A DNA stretch of 64,000 nt, taken from contig NMRA01000012.1 of assembly GCA_002633005.1 (NCBI GenBank), forward strand, positions 1,590,796 through 1,654,795, read 5' to 3'. Shown one piece after another: positions 52,601 to 64,000 of the stretch. The position numbers and the translations under genes were made by a program. The notes beneath the pieces were generated by a model, which saw only the letters and a program-made list of their open reading frames with translations, was not told where the DNA came from and ran no database searches. Each line of letters begins with the position of its first letter. The stretch's first letter is position 1. The DNA comes from Phoronis australis (Eukaryota > Animalia > Phoronida).

Positions 52601-55600
52601 TATTGATGTTTCTGATCTTTAAAAGATAACAGATTTACTTACCCCTAGATGTTAGGTGAGACAAAAAGACTTTGACAAAAGCTGCTGTGCCATTGCCTGG
52701 CTTAATCAGCCAGACACAGTCAAACATGGTGCCATGTTTAAATGTCAGTGGCCACTGTCCAAAACGAATGATGCCACCGTTGGGCTTGATGGATCCACAT
52801 CTGTCTAAAAAAAGAAGCAGCTTCAACACAAGCACGTATTGTGACATAAGCCAAATCTAACGCACGGGAAGGAGTCTGGTTGCCGAAAGACTAGTCACCG
52901 ACTTGTCTTTCACGCCCGGCACATTATACGTTGTCATGCTGACTTTCTGTTCCACCAAGAGAAACGTCTCTTGCTAGAACAGCTCATCGCTTTAAGAAAA
53001 GGTGGGGTGGAGTTCATAGAACTGAGCAGGCTACAAAATGTTTACTACATTGTTTCGTGAAATTGAAGCGTCATATGCAAACAATCACGCGCAGAGTGCT
53101 ACCTTAAAGGGATACTAAAGCTGTCTGATTTTGACCAATTAACACTTATCAAGAACAAATTAAATAAACAACAGCAACGCTGAACATAGAAATGCAACGC
53201 AAATGGTGTGCTTTTAGGGTTGTTTATTCATGTTATGAAAATGGCCACTAGATGGCGCAAAAACATATAAACCATCCGAAAACAGGAACTCGTCATTACT
53301 TCTATAATAAAAAGCTATTCACCAAATTTCCTAGAAATCCGTCGCAGAACTTCAGAGAAAAGAAGGAAAACAAAATAAAACGAAATTGCCACAAGGGGGA
53401 AGTGTTCATTGGGTCCACCTGAAAGTCGGCATTGTCTGTCGTTAGCTTCATATCAATACACTTATTCAAAAGATTTTGCAGTGGGATTAGGAGACACAGC
53501 TAGGGGCGCAAAACAAAACAAAACAAACACTAGGAAGCGCCACAGTAGTCAAAGTCATCATCATCAACCGTCTGAAAATGGACAGAAGATAATTACCGAT
53601 CACGCAAAGGGGGAAGCTCTTTTGGAGCGACATCTGAAGCAAACAAACCAAAAAAACTTAGTGGAAAGGATTCAAATCAAGCAAGCAATACAGGCAGGCA
53701 CAGGATCAGTCGACGAATCCTTACTAATCTCATTAGAAGAAGTCAGAGAAACATTCAAACACTCAAACAATACAGCACCTGGGCCTGACAGAGTATGATC
53801 AGCTTAAAAACCTAACAGAGCCTGAGCTAGAGGAACTTACAGATCTGCTCAATAAAAGCATCCGGAAGGATCTGTACCAGATCATTGGCTACATAGCTTC
53901 CTTGCTGTATTACCAAAGCCTGGGAGAGATCAGAGCAAGCTTAATGGCTACCGGGTCATCAGAATGCAGAACGCAATAGGTAAAATTAATGGAAAAAATC
54001 ATAGCCAGAAGAGTCACCTGTGATTTGGAAAGGAGTAATGCCCTACCACCATGACTAGGGAGCTACAGACCTGGGAAGTGCACCTGGATGAATGCAGCAG
54101 TGTTTGCCTACGATGTCTACGAGTCATTCCAAAGGAAGGACGAAACCTTGGTCGTGGCATTGGATTTGGAGGACGCCTACAATTGCGTGTCATTCCAGGT
54201 GTTAATGAACAAGTTGATTGATTGCGACATACACACAGCTATTGTCACATGGATAGCAGCAGCACTGATGAAAACGAAAGTCATCCTCCGCCTGGGGACA
54301 TGGACATCAGAGCCAGTGGAGATTATCCCGGGTTACCGCAGGGATCCCCACTGTCACCTGTATTATACAATGTATATACGGCCTCCCGCGCGACACAAGA
54401 GGTCCCAAACGGACATATATTTAACCTTTTGCAGATGAGGTGCTTACATACACAGCAGGCAGGGACAGAGAGAGGTTGGTGAAGGATCTGCAGGATACAC
54501 TCCAGGAGGTAGATCAATGGTGCACTGAGACAGGGGCTGTAATCAATCCAGAAAAAGTGAAAGCGGTCTGGTGTTCACTAGACAACCACATCGTTAGAAA
54601 GGAACTCCCCAATCTTCAGATAAACAGACAGAAGATCGAACGTGTGACATCCTTGAAGTATCTGGGCATAACTTTTGACAGAACACTCAGCTTCAAGAAC
54701 CATGTCGAAAATGTAACCTTAAGATGCGCTCGGGGGACCGACTGTCGGCAGTTAACATGATGGCGTCAATGCAGTTTAAACAACGCATGGTTTACACCCT
54801 CTTCAAGGCAGTTGTGCTATCAGTAATAGGTTATGGGCTTGGACTAACAACCTTGTCCAAGACACAACTGAACAAGCTTGAGGAAATACAAAACGAAGGA
54901 ATGAGGGCCATCTTGGGTTGCACAAAAGACACATCAGTTGCAGCCATGAGATACCTGCTTGGATTACCCAGCATTGCAGAACGCCTGAGGCAGGCACAAG
55001 AAAAAGCAATGTTCAAAGTAGCAAGTGCATCCCCTCTACGAAGAACTGGGGAAACCTAAGGGTGGAAAAATCAAAAGAGGGAAATCTTGGCTGGCAGCAG
55101 TTGAAGAAACTACAAGCACAGTTTGTGAACTAGAAAATATCAGAATGGGGCCAGAATGGGAGAATGATACAACAGATGAAAGAGAAAAGTACACCGAAAA
55201 TGTGATAACCCTCGGGAGAGAACGCAGGGAGCAGGCACCAGTGGCAGTCAACGCAGAAGTCGAAGCTTTGATATGGGAAAACACCAAGGACGATGACGCT
55301 GTTATCTTTACAGACAGCTCTGTTATTAGAGGGATAAGATCCGGATGGGCCTTCTGTGCAAGAGTGAATGAGAGGGTAATCGCCGAGGAAAGTCAGGCAT
55401 ACAGAAACACAACATCTAGTATGCGCATGGAAGAAGACGCTGCCAGTGCTGCACTAAGTTGGCTATGCTCGCAACAATTCACATTATGACAGACGCACAA
55501 AGCATGTTGCACAAAATACAGCAGGGCCTCCTAAAACCCACATGGATACAGCTCATTTGGTGGAACCACCTGCAATCCCTTGTCTGGATTTTTTCACCGG

Positions 55601-58600
55601 GTCATGCAGGTGTTGTCTGTAACGAAAGGGCTGTCAAACTTGCAGGAGTAGTCAATATGGGTGGACCCTTGGAGATGGGTGAGGCAGAGGTGATGGATGA
55701 GAAAAGGGAGAAAGAAACTGGGGAAACAGTTGAAAGATTGCGACAGTTCGGTGTAGACAAGGGAACCGCATCAAAGTCTACAATAAGAGGAATGTGGCGG
55801 AAAATCCATAATCAGCACCTTACTGGAACAGTTAGTCAAGGTGTTCTGCGTGAGCTTCTGAGGTGGAAGACAGAGCATATGTGGGTGTGCCCAACATGTT
55901 AGGACGTCGACTCTGCACCCAGATAACCAAGATAACCGTCCTCTTCACACTGAGAACACATACGCCAATTTTCAAAACCATCCTTAGAATGATTTGGTTG
56001 ATAGAGGGGTGGACGCCAAAAACAGACTTGTAAACAGCAAAAATGGCCACTAGCTGGCGCAAAAAACCTTGATTTCATCTGAAAACGAGAGAATAGTGTC
56101 ATCTCACCAATAGATGCCCGTATTCAAAATTTTATGAAAATCCGTTGAGGACCTTTGAAGATGCAGAAGTAAACATAAAACTAGAATTGCCACCAGAGGG
56201 CACAACAGTACTCAGATCCGTCCAAAAGTCGTCGTCGTCTGTTGTCAATATCATATATAAATACACTAATTTTGTTAAATTTAGTAAAGAAGCTGCAAAT
56301 GGTTTAGGAGATACAGTCATGGGCGCAAAAAAAAACAAAACTGTCACTAGGAGGTGCCACAGTGGTCGAAGTCATCAGAAAATCATCGTCAGCTGTCCAC
56401 TACGTAGTAAAAACATACATGCCAATTTTCACAATTATCCTGAAAGCAGTTTGGTTGATAGAGGGATGGACGCCAAAGATCAGACTCGAAAACAGTAAAA
56501 ATGGCCACTAGGTAGCTAGCCCTGTGCCTGGCAGGAGATTCGATTTGAGTGACAGCCCTGTAACCTTTGACCAAGCGGTTGTGCAGTTTCAAGGTGGTTC
56601 TGCCAAATCTTTTTTTCTCGCTACACGGTTTCGTATTTGAAGTTCCCCAAGAATGAAGATTAGCTAGTAGACATAATAGGCCTATAGAGTTCATAAAAGA
56701 TACAGAAGACTGATTTAAACATGGATTAAGTGTTACATTATTTTATTTTTATGTTTGAAATCTAAGCACACCTTGACACATCACCTTTACTAGTAAGTAA
56801 ATAAATTTTAGTGAAAGGCACGTGCTACCAAAAAACCTCTTTTGCATGATTTCAGCTCCGGTTCCACTCAATAAGAGCATGTTCATTTCTTTTACCTGAT
56901 TGTAGATGGCAGGAGAAAGTGTTAAAATTAGCCTCAATGTGATGTCAACGGGTCATGACTGTGTGTCAGTTAGTTCGCTCTTGGCACAAGTCACCAATTT
57001 ATTGCCTGGCCTTATTTCCCACCAAAACAGTATCAAACCATGATGCAAAACCCTATTGGGTACTTCAGAAATTTGAAAGCACATATGTAATATAATTGTT
57101 TTTGACATCTACCTTGTTCCTATCTACCCAAGCATTCAAAGAATAATTATGAAAATTGGCAGACGTTTTGCTGATGAGAAGATAGCAGCTGACACTGATT
57201 TTCTGACGGGTTCGACTACTGTGGCGACCCCTAGTAACAAATTATCTTGCATTGTTCCCTAATTTGTGTTTAACCATGCAACAAAATCTGACACCGTATA
57301 GTGATTATATTCTCTTTTTCACATACCACTACCCAGGATAACAACTTTAAGACATTCAATCATGAAACAAATCACTGCAGTGTTCACGGGTATAATTTGT
57401 GAAGCACAAAAACGAATTCACTCAACATTTTGAAGACAAACTCAAAATCACCTACTTACAGGCGAAAAATAAAGAATTCTGTATAAATTCCTAGTTAACT
57501 TTTTTTTGATTATTTCTGATGGGAGAATTGGCAAAACCATGTTTCTTGCCGATTGTGAACTTATCTAAGCTTCCCTCAACGGAGTGCAAATTCTATTGCA
57601 ACTTCCGAGTTCCCTGAATTTTTTCATGAAATTTGGGAACAAGTTTTTGTTATGAAGACGACAGGCTCTTGATGGATTCAACTTGTTCTGCACAACCCAG
57701 CGGCCATGTCAATTATTTTTGAGTCTGCTTTTTTGCTGTCTGCTTGTGTATCCACCAAACCACTCAGAGGATCATTATGAAAATTGGCAGATGTGTTCCT
57801 ACTGACATGAGCCTGACTGTGGCGGATTTTTAGATGAGTCAAATGTAACTATGGTGCTCCCTGGTGACATAACTTCTGCATCTCTGAATGTATCTACTAA
57901 ACCCCTTGCTAGAGCACAATTTGTAATTTTTAATAGAGACGACGGCGCTCTCTCAATTTCAGACACTGTGACATATTCTGCACCATTTAACGGCCATTTT
58001 CATGATATTAGAAACACCATTAGAAGCACACCATTTGCATTGCGTTTGTGGGGGCTTTTGAACGCTTTGTGTTGCTCTTGTTCTGGGAAACTAATTACCT
58101 AAAGTGAATTTTTTCATAGATTGGTTAGCAATTATTACAGTACCTTCAATTTTGTTTTAGGATATAAACTATATGACTACACCGAAGTGAAAGACTTCTT
58201 AATTACCGTTGGTTTTATTTGAGAAATGTGGCAACAAATTTCCGATAGTACGCCATGTTGTGTGGTACTGATCTTGCTTGACGTTTGCACCATTAAAAGT
58301 ACTGTAACCCTGTTTTATTGACTTTAACCAACCCTCGTTCTGTCCTCTGTTAATGTGCCATTTTTTTCACTTGCATGAATGTTAAAACAGAATTTAACTA
58401 AAATCACATTAGCATTATGCCACGAAGTCCGACTCTGTTGCTCTTAGTGGGTGGTTTCTCTCCACAGTTGAGTTTACTAATGTAAAAGCTGTTTTAAGAC
58501 ATCTCAAACCTTATTCACAAATATTTGCCATTTTTACAAAATGTTTCACATAAGGCCCTACATTATTTTTTACAAAACGGATTTTAAATGAATGCAGGCC

Positions 58601-59282
58601 AATTCGACTTAAACTGAGTTTGAAGAAGAGAAGACACGACATCAGCATCTTCTTACATCATGACTCCTCATAAAAGACCTTTTGAAAGATATCCCATGGT
58701 GTCCTAGTACTGTTGCTGACAGTGGGAGTCCACCTTAGCTTTGTAAGACCTCATGCCGGTTTCGTCATCATCAAGGCTATAGACCTTGTGCTCGGTTATG
58801 CAACAAGACAGGGTGCCACTTTTCTGCTAAGTATGAAATCCATCAAGTGGTCTATTACCATGATCAAGACACCATAAGCATACAATACCATGATCCTTAA
58901 GCATACAATACCATGATCCATAAGCATACAATACCATGACCAAGTCACCATAAGCATACAATACCACGATCCATAAGCATAGAGTACCATGATCAAGTCA
59001 CCATAAGCATACAATATCATGACCAAGTCACTATAAGCATACAATACCATGATCAAGTCACCATAAGCATAAAATACCTGACTGAGGCAGAATAACAGTC
59101 TTTGTGTCGGAATCAAAATAGTCACACTTGAGTCGCCAACCAACGTGGCTTCCGGGGATTGTCCAAGCAGGATTGGTGAAGCGAAGCAACACTTTGGATG
59201 AGTTAGACACAAAATTGGGACGTTCCTTGACAGCATTCACCTTCTGCTCATAGGATACAATAGTTCTTCCACTGTCCACAAC
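31698..59282 (-). CDS. Single-pass receptor with CUB, LDL-receptor class A and fibronectin type II modules and a PPxY/PSAP tail (LRP3/10/12- or LDLRAD-like); exons 59078-59282, 52643-52804, 50121-50315, 49518-49658, 48438-48608, 44214-44357, 41176-41304, 39105-39221, 37363-37488, 35416-35424, 34757-35145, 31698-31739; 5' end unresolved
   Basis: CUB-like CGSIKPNGGII...FDCVWLI. LDLa RCDGVSHCPNGDDE, KCDTTMNCIDHSDE and CPGSQFSCLDRRQCISSWQKCDGRSDCFDGSDE. FN2-like TYGGSDNGYVC...RRWC...NWGYC. TM LIGVVVAAVCSGVLFCFVCLCKK. Tail PPEY, PSAPP, PSAPPPAY, ending DPASESPLLSSRR*. Internal module exons are phase 1-1 and chain in frame. The link to the 59078-59282 exon is less certain. Confidence 0.85.
32674..33753 (-). 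mobile_element. HINE-like element, copy B
   Basis: Same termini as copy A in reverse (aacaagagcaa... / ...atgtgggcgcataaaaa); nearly identical in part to 41705-43663. Confidence 0.85.
35805..35915. repeat. Imperfect inverted repeat / small MITE
   Basis: gtctgatatagcgtg...ttttgagaaccagttt versus aaactggttctcaaaa...acacgttatatcagac. Confidence 0.6.
39457..40500 (-). mobile_element. HINE-like element, old diverged copy
   Basis: aacaagagcaacacggagc end plus degenerate subunits (ttcatgaaaatcc, accactaggggcc, aaaatggccactaggtgcc). Confidence 0.6.
41705..43663 (-). mobile_element. HINE-like element, copy C, full length with ~450-bp higher-order tandem repeats
   Basis: Both termini are intact. ttgccactagggggcac occurs at about 42552, 42999 and 43449 (period ~450 bp). 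Confidence 0.9.
47680..47871. repeat. 48-bp tandem repeat x4
   Basis: tggtttgagagcaagacaagcctcttgcaaggcacagcaaccacttca, nearly perfect copies. Confidence 0.95.
50416..50958. mobile_element. TTAA-flanked non-autonomous DNA transposon (Kolobok-like)
   Basis: ttaa-agaggcatggaacaca ... tgtgttccaggcccct-ttaa terminal inverted repeats. Confidence 0.65.
51330..51950 (-). mobile_element. Degenerate Penelope-like retroelement (GIY-YIG endonuclease region) with an internal 151-bp tandem duplication
   Basis: Broken-frame peptides PYV-SVSEKL, FGIGAVHKPVRT, KQLLMHPKDK, SLKKR and WFKR match the conserved Penelope linker/GIY-YIG pattern. 51561-51711 is duplicated at 51712-51862. Confidence 0.7.
53167..56513 (-). 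mobile_element. HINE-like element interrupted by a LINE insertion
   Basis: HINE subunits at 53167-53572 resume at 55934-56513 in register with the consensus aaccgtcctc. Confidence 0.75.
53573..55933 (+). mobile_element. 5'-truncated, frameshifted non-LTR retrotransposon (RT + RNase H; I/Ingi-like group)
   Basis: APGPD, VALDLEDAYN, GLPQGSPLSPVLYNVY, KYLGITFDRTLSF, RNase H IFTDSS and WIFSPGHAGVVCNERA, terminal CPTC, short ccaagataa-repeat tail. aaccgtc is duplicated at 53566-53572 and 55934-55940. Several stops and frameshifts. Confidence 0.9.
57150..58082 (+). mobile_element. HINE-like element, diverged 3' portion
   Basis: Ends gaacgctttgtgttgctcttgtt; degenerate subunits (tgaaaattggca, ttttcatgaaattt). 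Confidence 0.6.
58855..59072. repeat. Minisatellite, 23-30-bp unit
   Basis: accatgatcaagtcaccataagcatacaat repeated ~8 times with deletions. Confidence 0.85.
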
Positions 59283-60004
59283 CTAAAATGCAAATATTTG
59301 ATTGAGAACCTTCTGGTCACACATGTTTATAATTATGTATTAGCAATTTCTTGTGGTTCCTGAAAACAACTGGAAAGCTTATTAACCAAAATAAAATTGA
59401 TGATTTTCATTTCTTAAAAATGGAAATTGCATCCAAAGAGATGCACTCATCAACTAAGAAACAAGCTTGTTAACTTGACTGTGAAAAAAGACTGCAAAAA
59501 TGCAGCTTTCAGGGAGAAAAATTTTTAAGTTTTAGAGCAGACTACCTCTAGTAAACACCATTATTTTATAAGTAAGGAATCGAGTCGGTTCTACAGACAG
59601 GAAGACAGAATCTATGGAAGTCTGATGAGGTTTGCAATCTTGTCATTATGTGCCACACATGATTACATGCAGCCATGAGAGGGTTTGTGACATGCGTGTT
59701 GATTACCATTATAAACATTGATGAATTAAATACAAAAGATATACTTTGCTGTCAATTTCATCATTTATTTTCGACCCTGTCCACACGGCTCCACAAACTT
59801 ATGAAAAATAATGCAAACCTTTCACTACAGAGATTGCCTTCTCTCCACAAATGTCCACTGTCAATTCAATGACCAAAATCGAATTTGAAAATGCTCTACA
59901 CTGTGGGCATCTGAGCAGAATAAAACGTAACTATTTCAGACTGGAAAATAAACAAAAATGGAGTTGTGTCCACAGAGACTTTTTTAAGTGGGATTTTTCT
60001 GAAA

Positions 60005-60100
60005 CCCCTTGACCCATTGACCCCCTCAACCCACAACCCCCTCGACCCATGACCCCCTCCACCCATGACCCCCTCCACCCATGACCCCTCAACCCACAAC
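60005..60100. repeat. C-rich 15-bp minisatellite
   Basis: ccccctccacccatga-like unit, ~6 copies. Confidence 0.8.
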
Positions 60101-62940
60101 CTGTGACAATAGAGGTATCTGTGGGCTAGTTATTACACTACTGGGTGACTTTCCCATAAGACATATGCAAGTCTGCTCTGGCTGAAGTCTGGTGAGTAAA
60201 AACAGAAAGTGGTGTGAGAACGCCGGTGGTCTTGAATGCGCATTGTGAGCACGCTATCGTTGTCACGGAAATAAGTTCCACGAGCGGCTATTAGTGGCCC
60301 AGTTCTAATAAACTTAGGGAAAGAATATGTTAACATGAATGTACATAATTTCATATTTTTATTATTTGCTTTAACTTGTATACTCCACATAACGTTGAAA
60401 TCTTTCAACAGTTTAGTTAACAGACTGAGTTTGTTTTTTCAACTCTGTTTACTGGACAGGTGAAATTACAGTTTTGTCAGTTCCTCACACTCTGCAATTC
60501 ACTGAAGAGCAGACGAGACAATTACACTCTGCTGAAAATGACATTTGTAAGGTTGGTAGGTCTTTGATTTGATTTGGTCGCGTTGTTTTTTTCTGTTTTT
60601 GGCTTTCAAACTTGCCAAATCGACTGCCTTAATTGCAAAACAATAGAATATCATGAAATGTTGAAAAATAACTAGTAGGGTCTAATATTCTAGTGCAGAA
60701 CAAACACTCAGAAATCAAACGTCACTCTTACAAAGAATACTGTAACATGATTTTAGTAGCCAAAAATGTCTCGTTGAAAAACTCCTAGCACGTAGTGTGA
60801 CAGGTTGTTGAAAGTGGCTCTCAACTGGAGCTGAAAGATATTAGAGGCCACACTATAAAGAATGACTGTGTAATAGTCAGGTTTGTTGATTAATTTTGAA
60901 GAGAAATCGCTGGTTGTCTGGAACCGTACCTCAAGAGTCTCGTTTGACGAACAAAAATGACAAAATAAAAGACAGTAAAGTTATAAAATTAGGTTCAATT
61001 TGATAGAGCTCTACAACACTCATCATTATTCATCAAAACTCGTTGAAACACAAAATCGGAAATTCACTTGGTGCAAACTTTTGCGACGCGTCCCGTGAAA
61101 TCTCACGGTCACAAGCTCCAAGAATAGTAGACATTAAGGCCACATGCCGGCATTCCATATCAAGAGTTTTATAACAGAAACTAATACAAGGAAGTCATCT
61201 CTACTCCAGTTAATCATTAATACAAAAACAAAGGAAGCCTCTTACAGGATCAGATGAGACGTGTCGAAACTGAAACCTGGCAGCTAATGCACATAAGTGG
61301 GTTTTTAATGATATGTACTTTCATTTCTTTGAAGCTGTCAACACTTTGTGTAAGTATTTTTCAGTTCTTTAATTTATCATCAATAGGAATATTTCATCAA
61401 GACACCGTACTATATTATGCAACAAACTAATCACCATGATCATCTTAGATGGAAAATACACTAGGCCTACTAGGTAATAAACTCAATAAAGAAGGGTTTA
61501 TTTCAGGTAGTTGCATGTTATAACTACACTATCTACGGTGTGGCATTTGTTTGCCAGTAGTTGAATGGGAAAATGGTGCAGCTTTGTTCAACTTGATATT
61601 TGAACTCTAAGTCAGATAGGCCTATAGATTTCAAAAATTCAAGTATTAATCAGTATAGTGCATCACTTGAGCATTTTTAGTAAAAGAGGGAGTTAAAAAT
61701 GATGTCTCACTCAGTTGACACCTCAAGCATGTCATAGTAGAGATCCTGTAAATCACATGACTACACAAACACCAAAACAAAAACCTTAGATGGTTTGGAT
61801 ATAAAAACTTTGAAAAAGTTAGAAGACAGTGCAGCCGTCACAGACCCTTATCAGTGAGCCTAAAACATGAAAACTAAGATCAGCCGTGAAAATTTACTAT
61901 GCATGATTTCAGTTTACGGGCAGAACAAAAAGAAACATAATGATCGGACAATTTTTATGAGAAATGAAATATTGTCACAATTTACATCTTAAAGTCTCAT
62001 ACAGCAGCGGCAAGCCGAAGCAAAACCTTGAAGCTCAAACAGCAAATACAAAAAATGAACCGAGAGTGGCGTACATTAAGAAGTAATATCCCACGAGACA
62101 TTATTCTGCGTATCGACCAAGTTTCTTTCATATTCTCGGCAGATTTTTTAAAGACTTCACCCAGACTGTTCATGTGGTTGATCACATTCTATGTACTCGC
62201 CAATTATGTTACAAGTTTTCTCTCAATAAAAGAAACAGTTTTAAATGTAACGATTTATAACTTGAAAGTCGTTGCTTATAGTTCAGGCCGGTGGTGATGA
62301 ATATCAGAAGAAGAAGCCTTACCATCTCAATCAGAGAAACTTTCCGACTTCATAGCATAAGTTTTTTTAGTTAAAATACTCTATTTTTTTATTTCACTGA
62401 TTTCTACTACCTTTATTTCACTAACAAGTGAGTAACAACTCAGTAAATAATGTGGTACAATAGAAAGGTTCCAAGATGTCTTGATTTTTGACAGCAGAAT
62501 TGGGCTAAAAGGCCTTTTAAAAGAAAATTGCAGACAAGTTTCATCGCTAATTGAATAATGAAGTACATTTTTGCAAGTTTCATAATGGAAAAAATGTTTG
62601 ACTCTGAAAATTACAACAATCTCCTCGAAAAATCAACACGTTTCCGAAAAAAGATGCAGTCACAAGATTACTATGAACATCTGCACATTATTGTTGTTCA
62701 CATAGAAAACGGTTGATAATCAAGAATTTTAAGATATGTAGTTTTATGGGCCTCCTATCAAATCAGTTATTTAAGAAATTCCAACCTAAATAATGAAGGA
62801 AATGCTAATACCTTAAAGAAAACTTGCTACCAAAACATGATGTCTGCACACGACGACTTTTAAGTAAGAAAGTTGATAACAACCGTTCAATTCATTTTCA
62901 TCTTGTGTTTCAGTAGACAGGAAGGGAGAAGAAAACAAGA

Positions 62941-64000
62941 ATGTACCGACTACTGCTCTGCCACCTGTTATCATTAATAATCATTTCCGTGAGCCAAGAC
63001 TGGTCGTGTCCAGAAAGATGTCATGTGGTGTACAGAGTGGACAATCAGACACTCAGAGACACGTACCAGAGTTACGAGCAGGCACTGGTCGCATTACCAC
63101 ACAATATAACATCACTGTCGTTACCAGACAGGTGTAAAGCTTATCGACTAGAGCAGAATTCGCTGCAGAAATTCACCAAGTTGCATACGCTTCGGCTTAG
63201 AATTTGTGGCCTAAGATCAAATATTTACAGATTGGCTTTTAGTGGCTAGCTAAACCTCAAAGAACTGATGCTTGATTTTTTTTCATTCCCTTTTGAGCGA
63301 GGTGGGTATGTGACAATAGACCCATTAGCATTTAAACCACTACAACTACTGAAAACTTTACGTATATTTCCGAACACACACTATACCTTTCATCATTTGC
63401 AAGCTTTTGATGTTGCTCGAATTCTACGCCACCTTCAACAGCTAGAGCACTTTAAGCAACTACACAGTAGCCAAAACAATTGCCATCAAAGGAAAGTTTC
63501 AATTGCCAGCTATACAGTCACTGGATTTCAGTTGCAACAACTGGGTACATATGCCCTGTATTCCCATCTTCACTAATTTGAGGTATCTAAATCTCACAGG
63601 GAATTGCATCCAAACAGTACACTTTGCGAAAAACTGTCTTAAAACGCAAAATGTCACAATCAATTTCAGCAACAACTTTGTACAGAAAATAGAAAAAAAT
63701 GACTTCAGGTGGTATAACAGCCTGAAAACACTTTCTCTCGACTTTTCATACACGTATCTATCACAGATAGAATCCGATGTATTCTGGCATCTGGAGCACC
63801 AGAACACAACGATTGTATCTATAACTCTAGGACATGGCTTATGCATGCCATTTACAAGAACATTTTTTAACCTTCTCTTCAAATCTCTCAGCAAAATTGT
63901 TATTTTTAGGTTATTGCTATTTGGCAAGGCGACTGAATTGTCTGCTTTTCCAAGATCCACAACCTTGACATACTTTTCACTGACTAATGGCAGGGTCAAC
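62941..64000 (+). pseudogene. Leucine-rich-repeat / Toll-like receptor-type ectodomain gene, disrupted; runs off the window end
   Basis: Signal peptide MYRLLLCHLLSLIIISVS, LRRNT-like CPERC...LPHNITSLSL, and LRRs (FTKLHTLRL, LNLKELML, LPAIQSLDFSCN, FTNLRYLNLTGNCI). In-frame TAG at 63247-63249 and a frameshift near 63450-63480, after which the new frame is open to the end. No TIR domain is visible in the window. Confidence 0.75.

Noticed and set aside
60930-61026. Signal-peptide first exon for the CUB/LDLa receptor
   Set aside because: A donor is present (gag|gtacgg), but the ATG frames hit stops before it. At most a non-coding exon; the 5' end is left unresolved.
63247-63249. Programmed stop-codon readthrough or recoding in the LRR gene
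   Set aside because: A separate downstream frameshift also breaks the gene, and TAG is one substitution from the expected Leu codon TTG.
63499-63999. 166-aa minus-strand ORF
   Set aside because: Antisense shadow of the open plus-strand LRR frame.
1-64000. tRNA/rRNA genes or prokaryotic operon/defence systems
   Set aside because: None was recognisable by eye and all genes appear eukaryotic. Small ncRNAs such as snoRNAs cannot be excluded without an Infernal/Rfam scan.

Overview
AT-rich, intron-containing animal genomic DNA, probably a bilaterian invertebrate; the species cannot be determined from the sequence. Genes reconstructed by hand from splice sites and reading frame: (1) the 5' part of a chromodomain protein (minus strand, runs off the left edge); (2) a complete RPRD1A/B-like Pol II CTD-interacting-domain gene (minus); (3) head-to-head with it, a complete POLR2C/RPB3 gene (plus); (4) a long minus-strand single-pass receptor with CUB, LDLa and FN2 modules and a PPxY/PSAP tail; (5) a disrupted LRR/Toll-like gene at the right edge. 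Introns hold Helentron-type non-autonomous elements (HINE-like), MITEs, a 5'-truncated RT+RNase H LINE, and Penelope and hAT-like remnants. Two single-N gaps each sit beside a near-identical duplication that looks like uncollapsed haplotypes. The best leads are an intact vertnin/OTU-like ORF inside an RPRD1 intron with a phase-compatible acceptor (possible CID-OTU fusion isoform), and a mobile element whose tandem array carries a CTCF-like motif about every 150 bp. All family assignments come from motif recognition; no searches were run.
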